DNA of 64,000 bases, taken from Haliotis rufescens (taxonomy: Eukaryota). The stretch is from assembly GCF_023055435.1 (NCBI RefSeq), contig NW_025964367.1:992001-1056000 (forward strand), given 5' to 3'. The notes beneath the pieces are model-generated. The model worked only from the letters and a program-made list of their open reading frames with translations, ran no database searches and was not told where the DNA came from. A program made the position numbers and the translations under genes. Each line of letters opens with the position of its first letter. Position 1 is the first letter of the stretch. Of this stretch, positions 11,101 to 19,299 are shown piece after piece.

Positions 11101-14036
11101 TGATACACACCATGATGAGGAATGAACCATACCTTTCCATCGTCCTGTTTCAGTTCATCATCAGGCACCTTTTCAGCATAGTTCTTTTCCAGAATGATGT
11201 TCATGAAGTCTTTGTAGTCGCTGAGAAAGCCATTATTTCTCTTCATCTTCTGTTTCAGATTCATCAGCCTCTGATAGGCTTGGTAGTGATTGTCTGGGAG
11301 GCGGACTGAGTCTCTCTTGAATGGAAGGGGTATTGTGTAATGTCCATCATTTAGTGTTATGCTCTCCTTGACTTTCTCCATAAATCTGATATCATTGTGT
11401 GATGGCTGGCGTTTGTCGTCGATGACACGTTCTGGGAAGTCATAGTTGATTGACTGTTGGACAAGCTGACCAAGTTTCTTCAACTCTTCTATTTCCTGAA
11501 TAGCAGTTATATCAGCTCTGTTGACAGTGAAGCAGTTCTGTACATCTGTATGTCTCACAACATTCCACACTACCCATCCCAGTCTGGTAAACGTTGCATG
11601 TGGACTTCCTTGAGGTCCTGTCTTGACATGCAGAGGAGAATAGGCATCTGGAACATTGTTGCCTATTAGTATACCTATCTCAGAGTCAATCTGAGGAAGG
11701 GAAACACCTCTCAAGTGTGGCCATCCAGAGATATCGGTTTGGGTTGGAATATGCTGATGCGTCACTGGCATTCTATCTTTTGTGTAGAGCTTGGGCAACT
11801 GTACAAAGTTCTCTCCTGTCAGATCACTTACTTCCAGGTGGTTGATGCTGTAGGTTATCATAGAGTGTGGGTGTCCCATGGTCTCCAGAGTTATCTTTAA
11901 TCTTTTACCCTCACATCCTAACTTCTGTTTCATGCTGTCAGTGATGAAGGAAACACTGCTTCCAGGATCCAGAAAGGCATAGGTTCTGATAGCGTGACTA
12001 CTTCCTTTCCTTCTCAGCATCACAGGAATTATTGCCATGGTACATTCTTCTTCTCCAGCTCCCATACAACTCACTGTGTTGGAACTACTTTCCCTGCTTG
12101 TTTTCTGTCCATCATGTCTACTGTCTATTTGAGCCTTAGGCTTGCTGCGGTTGAAATGTAGGACTGTTTGATGACTGAGGCCACAGTTGTTGCAGGATAT
12201 GGTTGCGTTGCAGTCCAAACTTTTGTGTCCATAGTGTAGACATCGGAAACATAGTCCCTTTGTCCTTAGATATTGTAGCTTGTCAACATGTTCCATTCCT
12301 TGCCACTGTTTACACTGTTCAAGTCCATGACCTTCATCCTTGCAGTAGATACATGGAGAAAGTAGAGCCTTGACTTTGCTTGGTGTCTCCATGGGTCTAG
12401 TTTCTCTACTCCTTTGTTGATCATCCTGAGACAGATTTGTAGACATGACCTTTGGCTTGGACTTGAACCATTTATCTGGTGTCTTTGACAGTTCACTGAG
12501 GGCTTTTCTACCGTAGACTGGATCATTTGCCTTTTTTGCCTCTCTTCTGACGAACTCTACAAGTGAGCTAAATGGAATGGTTCTACCTTGAGCCTTGATG
12601 TTCTGTACAATGTTTCTCCATCTATCGTGATAGTGATATGGCAGCTTTATTACGAGTTTTCTCATGTTGTCTGGGTAATCAAGAATCTTCATGGAGTGTA
12701 TGCTCTTGATTGCATTCTCACATTCTGTGAGGAAAAGTGCAAACTCGTCCAGTGCCTTTGGATTGTCCACTTTAATCAATGGCCAGTTGAATGCTCGCTT
12801 GATAAATGCTGAAGCAATGGTGTCTGGATTACCATAGCGTTCTTCAAACTCATTCATGATTGCCTCATATGCGTGATATCCATCCAGATAGCTGTAACCC
12901 ACCACAATCCGATTGGCCTCATCCTTCGTGTATTGGTCCAAATAGTTAACTATTTCTTCAGGATCCTCAGTGTTGGTAAGGACATAACTTCTGAACTGTC
13001 TTGTGAATCTTTTGTAGTCGATCGGATCCCCGCTGAATGGCTTCATTTCCACTTGAGGTCTTTTGAGATGTTTGACAACAGATGAGTATTCTAGTAGAGG
13101 ACTTGCATATCCATAGCCTGGAGCTGTCATGACATCAGGATATGTTTGTGGGTAGTAGGGGTCAGGTTGATACTGTGGTGTTGTATCCGTTCTGTATACA
13201 TGTTGAGGAGGAACAGTTCTTGGATAGAATTCAGGAGGAGCATATTGTCCTGGCATTTCATTCTTCACGTGAGTCATATTCAGATCTTCAGCTTCCTGTT
13301 TGGGTGGAAAGTGATTTTCCTCTTGAGGAGCGAATCTGACATAACTTTCTACTGGCTGGGATTTGACATGTGTTTGTTGTGGATCTTCACCTTGTGCAGA
13401 TAGGACTTCTAATTTTTCACCGATTTCCCTCTCATATTCTTCAACTACTCTAGTCTTGGCATCTAGTGCTGCTATTTCTGTTTTCAACTTCAATTCTTTC
13501 TCTTCCATGTGAATTCTAAGCTTCTCCATTTCTAATCTTCCTACGTCCCTTAACGCGGAAGCCCTTGCCAACAATTCTGCCCTCTCTTGTTTATGTTTTA
13601 ACTTGAACATTGAGGTTGAACTTCGGGCAGAAGAAGACTTAACACTGCGAGATTTAACTTCACTTACCGCACTGTTATCATGAAACCATTTCTCAAGGTT
13701 TTGTTTAAATTGTCTTATTACAGGTGTTTCTTCTATGTCAACTTTTTGGTCATATAATGTCTTTTCATTAACATCTAACAGATTTGTGTATTCTTCTTTC
13801 ACACTGTAGTACTTATCTAGCAATGTCATGTACTGTTTATGCTCAAACTGCATCCTCCCAACATCATGCGTGTCCGACATCAAAGACTGAACACTGTCCT
13901 GCTTTGCTTTTAACTGTCTGAATGTTAATTTCAATAATCTCTGTTTCTGTTCTTTAGTGTAAAGCAACCCTCTATCTGTCATTTTCCTGTTTCTACTTGA
14001 AATACTACTGAATAGCGATGCATTATCTTCTTCCAT
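8130..14036 (-). CDS. BEL/Pao gag-pol polyprotein (Gag with Zn knuckles, protease, RT, RNase H, integrase), ~1968 aa, uninterrupted
   Basis: First ATG at 14036 (in-frame TAA just upstream of the TTG at 14054). Knuckles CIYC..H..C, CFRC..H..C and CNNC..H..H; protease FLDPGSS; RT YVDD; RNase H FSDAS/IPRMEL/WTDS/NPAD; integrase HHCC, DFFG, SDNG and WERM. Confidence 0.97.
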   Translation of the reverse strand: MEEDNASLFSSISSRNRKMTDRGLLYTKEQKQRLLKLTFRQLKAKQDSVQSLMSDTHDVGRMQFEHKQYMTLLDKYYSVKEEYTNLLDVNEKTLYDQKVDIEETPVIRQFKQNLEKWFHDNSAVSEVKSRSVKSSSARSSTSMFKLKHKQERAELLARASALRDVGRLEMEKLRIHMEEKELKLKTEIAALDAKTRVVEEYEREIGEKLEVLSAQGEDPQQTHVKSQPVESYVRFAPQEENHFPPKQEAEDLNMTHVKNEMPGQYAPPEFYPRTVPPQHVYRTDTTPQYQPDPYYPQTYPDVMTAPGYGYASPLLEYSSVVKHLKRPQVEMKPFSGDPIDYKRFTRQFRSYVLTNTEDPEEIVNYLDQYTKDEANRIVVGYSYLDGYHAYEAIMNEFEERYGNPDTIASAFIKRAFNWPLIKVDNPKALDEFALFLTECENAIKSIHSMKILDYPDNMRKLVIKLPYHYHDRWRNIVQNIKAQGRTIPFSSLVEFVRREAKKANDPVYGRKALSELSKTPDKWFKSKPKVMSTNLSQDDQQRSRETRPMETPSKVKALLSPCIYCKDEGHGLEQCKQWQGMEHVDKLQYLRTKGLCFRCLHYGHKSLDCNATISCNNCGLSHQTVLHFNRSKPKAQIDSRHDGQKTSRESSSNTVSCMGAGEEECTMAIIPVMLRRKGSSHAIRTYAFLDPGSSVSFITDSMKQKLGCEGKRLKITLETMGHPHSMITYSINHLEVSDLTGENFVQLPKLYTKDRMPVTHQHIPTQTDISGWPHLRGVSLPQIDSEIGILIGNNVPDAYSPLHVKTGPQGSPHATFTRLGWVVWNVVRHTDVQNCFTVNRADITAIQEIEELKKLGQLVQQSINYDFPERVIDDKRQPSHNDIRFMEKVKESITLNDGHYTIPLPFKRDSVRLPDNHYQAYQRLMNLKQKMKRNNGFLSDYKDFMNIILEKNYAEKVPDDELKQDDGKVWFIPHHGVYHPHKPDKIRVVFDCAATHQGTSLNNLLLQGPDLTNSLIGVLLRFRQEPVALMADIESMFYQVRVPRDDRDFLRFYWWPDGDLQSEPAVYRMCVHLFGAVSSPSCSTAALRQTAEDNREMFNPLITDVILRSFYVDDLLKSVENEDIAKSIVTDVRELCARGGFRVTKWMSNRHTVVESIQPSERAKSLKSIDLKSDQLPVERALGVTWSVEKDCFQYNTKVKDKPPTRRGILSMVSSVYDPLGYVSPYVLVAKILLQKLCRDNVEWDKEISGDDMKIWREWLNGLSHLRNIKLPRCFKTEEFGSVVTCQLHMFSDASDHGYGVVAYLRLINSRNEIHVSFVMGKSRVAPLKRVTIPRMELTAATIAMKLCKMIRDELEYIVTETFYWTDSWSVLRYIANDTNRFHTFVANRVQIIREASDKNQWNYIHTKSNPADAASRGMKVNKFLQADIWLKGPDFLRKPESEWQVNSNEKELILPANDPEVKRTVATTTLNAAHYSPLDKLISHYSDWTRLKRAVGWILLFIQNLKKKVMKFKQLSIEMVEKAEVTLIRHVQQQCFHEEIKMLTTSKCCLRPRSPLVKLNPVVIDGIMRIGGRLDKANIPFNAKHPVIIPKKSAITSLILRDSHEKVGHLGYQSMLAQLRQNYWIMGAGSIIKSLVSKCVLCRKYRACVMEQQMSSLPSDRLSVDEPPFSHVGMDFFGPIMVKRARKEVKRYGVIFTCLTVRAVHLEMAFSLDTDSCINAVRRFIARRGTVKSIRSDNGTNLVGSERELCDEINKLNQSKIHTSLQQKGISWEFNTPAASHHGGVWERMIRTVRKVLNSLLHQQVIHLDDEGLQTLFCEVEVIINNRPLTSVSSDPNDLCVLTPNHLLTLRAGEHMPPGSFDVSDNYVRRRWRQIQYLANVFWRRWVKEYLPQLQIRQKWTKKRRNVKVGDIVLLVENTPRNSWALGRVLKVFADKKGLVRTVTVKTQTSVLQRPVTKLCFVLETDE

Positions 14037-14116
14037 AGTTTCTGATTTATTCAATTAACTTCTCATTTAGATTTCTCTTTTCTGATTCTCATGGATAGGG
14101 TCAAAATGTCAATGAA

Positions 14117-14797
14117 TGTAAGGATCACAATAAATGTCAATTCATCCTAGAACAAAAGAACAATTCTCATTTCCATTCCATCTTCATTCTCATTCTCAAC
14201 TCATCACCAATAAATAACCTCTTTTGAATTGGAAGATTGACTGCAAAGGAAAAGTAAACAATCATACGTTTGCAGTTCAATATGTAAACAAAACAATAAC
14301 AATGTATGACAATTACTAAAACAACAAAAGTTGAGAAAAGACATTAAATTGTGACAAAATAATTGCAAGATCATTTGCACAGAAAGAATGTATACATAAG
14401 TGATTGAAAACTGAACACATTATCATTACTTCAGAAAAGTTACAAATACAACAATTTGGGAAATAAAATTGCTACAGAAATATATTGACAATGGAAAAGA
14501 AATACAAATGCATGACAACATACCATTTTGGTAGACCCATATTCTTCTTTAATCTTTACTTTTTGCCTTTTTGTCTCTGACCACATGGGTCCTCATTCTC
14601 TTTTTCGAGAAACTAAAAAGCATGCATGGCATGCAGCCTAAACAGAGTGACCTTCCTTGGCTAAACTCCTGAAGCATGCATAAAATAATAATCTTTTACA
14701 TGCTAATTTTGGAATGAAAACTTAGGAAAAAGTTAAACTTGAATAATTTGGAAAAGTAAATAGGAATTATTTTAGAGATGTTATTTTGACCGTAACA
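14117..14797 (-). repeat. BEL 5' LTR
   Basis: Direct repeat of 6935-7615. Confidence 0.95.
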
Positions 14798-15097
14798 GGT
14801 ATGAATATCGACGGCTTATTGTTTATGTAAGTAGGATGTAAAATGAAAAAGCTTGGCTAACCTTTATCAAATTAATATTAAGCTTATATAAAACATATGG
14901 ACAGTAAATTAATTAGAATGAAATAAAAGTAGAATATTAGAGGAAGCTAATTTTAAATGTACAAGAATTTGGATATACAGGTATATAAGATTAAGTTGGG
15001 AATATTTTATTATAATATTAGCTGTAGTTTTGATTAATTGGATTTAAAATAATGTAAGGAACTTTCAGCGAATTGGGACAAATATGTACACGATGAC

Positions 15098-15322
15098 ACA
15101 CAGACCGTCTCCAAAGTACAGCCGGCCTACATCAGAGGAGACTGTGTCAGTTCAACACAGACCGTCGTCAAAGTAGACCCGGCCTTCATCAGAGGAGACT
15201 GTGTCAGTTCAACATAGATTGTCTCAAAGGTAGACCCAGCCTAGATCAGAGGATACTGTGTTAGTTCAACATAGATCGTTTCCATAGTAGACCCAGCCTA
15301 GATCAGAGGAGACTGTGTCAGT
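15098..15322. repeat. 57-bp minisatellite, proximal array overlapping the lectin stop codon (~4 units)
   Basis: The first unit on the minus strand (15322-15266) is the coding sequence TDTVSSDLGWVYYGNDLC*. Confidence 0.9.
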
Positions 15323-17376
15323 GGGTTGAGGTCGGGGGAGCAGTTCACACTCTCGAGTTCCTCTGTTGTAGTTGACACCGACACAGGCTCCAGACAACAT
15401 ACACTGAAGGACACAGGACAATGGGGACATGTCAGGTGAAGATACAATGACAGGGGAGACAAGTCGTGCTGCTGATGCATTGAAATAGCCGAATCGCTTC
15501 CTGGCTGAAATATGTCCACATAATAGAATTATGGCATCTTAATAATATGTTTACTGTCCGGAGTGTACTATTTAACCTCTTTTGTGTTTCAGAAAACTAT
15601 AGAGTCGGACTTTTGGAAACCCGTTACTGTGCAATATGACTATTTTTCGTGAAACATGGATAATTAATCCAAAACAGGAATCCATGCATATAGATGTATT
15701 ATGTCGTTGTTAAGGCAGGACTCATTGAACTCACTTACTGTTGTTCACTCCGACACACCTCATTTGCAACGAATTACCAAAATCACTCATTAATCAGGCT
15801 CGTTAATCCGACATAGTGATCAGAGGACTCCGTTGTCATCTGCCCGCGAGTACACAGCCCGTGTATTGATGCAAGATGAGTGGGCTGATAGCAGCATATT
15901 ACAACGGATGCAGAGATAAAGAATTTTATGTCTTTATGTTTGACAATTACAATATGATTTCGGAACCTCAATGGCTTTTTAAGATGTGACTTATTTATAT
16001 AGGCCGTCCTACCTGGCTGTACTCCATACACTTCAAGTTCACAGAAGTTGAGAACATCCGCTTTGCCTCTGATTTTCGGTTTCCACAGTCTGATGAACCT
16101 TCCAAACACCGGAGCATCACATGCTATGTTCCCCATGGAACCAAACGTGCCAGTGTAGTTCTTACAGATGGAGAAAGCTGCTGATGGACATCGCGATGGA
16201 TTTCGTACATACACCTGGATTACAAAGTCATGGAGTCTTTCCCCTGAAAGAATAACATTAAAATAATAAACACAGTACTATAATTGTATTTGGCATAAAA
16301 CATTTAGCTTCAAGCATAATTATACAAAAACAGTGCTTAAGATGAATGCGTATATATGTTTCTGTGATGTGGCATGTCTTACAGTAACTTCGTATATTCA
16401 AGCATCTTCAGAAACCATCTGTATGGTCGACTGATACTTATTTGACGATGATAATAATTTGAATGAAAGATGAATTCTGGGTGAAGGTTGACGCAGAGTA
16501 GAAGTAGTTTGAGATACCGTTACGTACCACAGCAGTCTCCCCTGTTGTAGATGGTGACGTTGTGGACACTGTACTGCCCCAGGAGATCCACAACAAACCA
16601 GGGCGACATGTCACCAAAGTTAGTGTGACTGCAGACACCGTCGCGTATATCGGTTCCATGGCTGCCGTCGACAGCATTAGCAGCGATTTCGCGTAAACTA
16701 TTCACGCTGCTCATCCATGCTGGTTTCTTCAGAGCCAGGTTCAAACTTTGGAATTTGCAGACTGAAAATTGAGATTCTAAGTCATATGTGTGTATCGACA
16801 ATGAATTTATCTGAAAGAACCAAATGTTTTATGTTTTGTAAAATGTGTATTTCCAGCTGTCCGGGGCACACATCTGCACATTCGCCTTCATGATATTGAC
16901 ATCATGCAGTATCACCCTCTTTACATTGCTTTGTGACTTAGGATGTTCATGAGATTACTTTACAAGGGAAAATGAGTGACATTACGTGAGGAATAACCAT
17001 TTCCCTGCATTTCAATGCATCGTATCTTTTTCATAATATTTAGAAATAACGTCCATGAACAGAGAGGGTATGTTTTGAAGCAGGACATGTGCTCGCCTGA
17101 GACTGGTTCTGCTCCAGTATGAGTACCATCTATGCAGCCTATTATCTTCTCTACTGCCCTGACATGGCTATAGTCTTACTGATTCGAAGAGAAAGCGTTA
17201 GATATCTAAAAAGCTTCTGTCTCTTATTATATGGCTACAAACCTTCAATTGCTGTACAAAATATATCCGAAGTATAGCCTATAAACCTATTACTTACGAA
17301 TTTAACAAAAAAATGAGACCTCACCATCCAAATATATGACGAGCAGGAAAGAGATCCGGGAGTAGAGGTCTGCCAT
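15266..17376 (-). CDS. F-type lectin (fucolectin) plus C-terminal PAN/Apple-like domain, ~251 aa, copy 1
   Basis: Exons 17376-17325, 16761-16528, 16243-16013 and 15504-15266, all GT-AG with phase-1 introns, total 756 nt in frame. Motifs NLALKKPA, NAVDG, CSHT..PWFVVDL, H-x27-RGDCCGER and LNFCELEVYG. The last exon has C-x3-C-x5-C-VGVNY-x6-C-ELL...WVYY. The N-terminus is a short hydrophobic putative signal peptide. Confidence 0.88.
16985..17165 (-). mobile_element. PIF/Harbinger transposase relic in lectin intron 1
   Basis: Minus strand ~17118-17146 encodes IIGCIDGTH, the Harbinger first catalytic Asp motif. Copy 2 reads GCTDGTH near 55190-55215. Confidence 0.55.
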
Positions 17377-18438
17377 ACTGTCGCTGATCAATTCTATTAC
17401 CAACACGGCTGATGTGTTTAAGAAACTGAAGACTTGAAAATGACAATGTTCAATATTGATTGAAATCTCCTGACAGTACGTTGGCTCAACAGAACGTCTT
17501 TTTGTACCTGTTGGTGGGTTGCTGCAGAAACACAAGTCACAGTGACTTTAGTAGCCTGCAGTGTCGTATCGCTGCACCCTGGATGTTCCGGAAGGTTATA
17601 ACTTAATCATGCTGGTGTTTGTTGTCTGGGGACTGATGCTTCCACAATGATGGATTGTTGTGTTCCATAACTTCGATCGTTAAATGTCTTTTTCAGATGT
17701 AATCGATTTCAGTTGAGAAATGTATCCCAAGGGTATACCTACACTTGTACCCTGGCCGTCTTGTACTTGTCCTTCAAAACCCCTCATGAAACAGTTATTG
17801 ATCTGTTATATACTGACCAACAAAGCAAGGGGTCATGAAGGGGATATGTTTTGGAGTGAAGAACACACATGCAATTTCATAAAGATATCTAAAAAAATAT
17901 TCACGATCCCTAACATGTTTGGTCAGTATATATCCGTGTCCGGCTAAAGACGTTTCATTTCAAAATGAAACACCACAGACAGTACAGATACCGATGTATT
18001 GAGAAGTGCTCAATCGTTGATGTACCGTTTTCATGTTTATTGCAGAACTGCTGTTCTGCGTCGGGCAATAAAGACTGCGAGTGCTACCGAGAGTGCAGGT
18101 CATATTTACCCTGAACACCTGGTGTCATAACTGATTTCATTCACATCATTTTCACCGCTATTTTGCCTTTTACGCCCAAAGGGCCCTTTTTTCGGGTGAT
18201 CATTGAGACTTGTTATTCTCTGGCGTTGACGTTGTAAGGTTCTACATGCATTACTATGACAATCAGTAATTGTATTTTCACTCGACATAATGCTGAAAGT
18301 ACTTATCATATTGCTAGATGATTAATGCTAGGCATTATTCGTGTTAGCAATACAAATAATAATATACCCTTAACTAAATTGTTATCACTCGATTCATGCA
18401 GATGTGATGGCGTAGAAGGAGGCCTATAGCCAAAATGA

Positions 18439-18699
18439 TTTGTTTGCTTTTTAACGCCGCAATCAGCAATATTACAACTATATGACGGCGGTCTGTAAAT
18501 AGCCGAGTTTGGACCAGACAATCCAGTGATTGATGTCATGAGCATCGATCTATGCAATTGGAATACGATGGAATGCATCAACCACGTCAACGAGCCTGAC
18601 CACCTGATCCCGTTAGTCGCCTCTTACGACAAGCATAGTCACCTTTTACAACAAGCATGGGTTCCTTAAGACCTATTCTACCCTGGATCTTTACGGGTG
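18439..18699 (-). mobile_element. SINE family C (core gtcgtaagaggcgactaa, Nin/Deu-domain-like)
   Basis: Same family at 26696, 33876, 42148 and 56500; (aaac)n-type tail. Confidence 0.8.
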
Positions 18700-19299
18700 T
18701 AGCCCTAATGACATAAATGCAGACTTAAATGTGTACTTGTGAAATGTAATTCTCCATATCCTACATAGGCGAAGTATAACATGTGTGTTCTCGTGATCTA
18801 TATACGTGAGTAAATGCATTAAACAATACCGTGTTGGGCTTCACATTGTTTATGTCACCAGTGTCTACAACATATTTGTTGGCTACAAAGATTGTGATTA
18901 AATCACCCGACACGAATATTTTTGATAAAGTAACAATTACGTGTGGAAGTTGACTTTAATCACTATTTATTTGGGGGATTACCTCCCTTGAGCAGACGGA
19001 TGTGTTTCAAATTCAACGAGGATAACATATAACGTCAATTTGTGGTACAGATGTACATCAAGAAGAACTTATCCAGTGTTATGGGAATATCTTAAGAAGC
19101 ATGGAAAGGTCGGATCGATAGGTTTGTGCAACCTAGAGGCCACGGGCATGTAGACATATCTTTTCCCTACACCCCTGCGTAAAACTGGGCGGAGGGGACA
19201 GCTATGGTGTTTAGGATTTTGTTGTGTACAACTGCTTTCATCACAATGTAGACTATAGGATCGGTCACTGCATCACTTAACGAACGATGTCTACATTGG

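Larger units (their letters stand above)
6935..14797 (-). mobile_element. Full-length BEL/Pao LTR retrotransposon
   Basis: 681-bp TG...CA LTRs at 6935-7615 and 14117-14797; I saw one mismatch (7197 c vs 14379 a). 5-bp TSD GGTAT at 6930-6934 and 14798-14802. PPT GGGGCTGGGG (minus strand, 7616-7625). Empty site at 52824-52828. Confidence 0.98.

Noticed and set aside
8770-13403. Small plus-strand and alternate-frame ORFs within the BEL
   Set aside because: Shadows of the long gag-pol ORF with no recognisable motifs.
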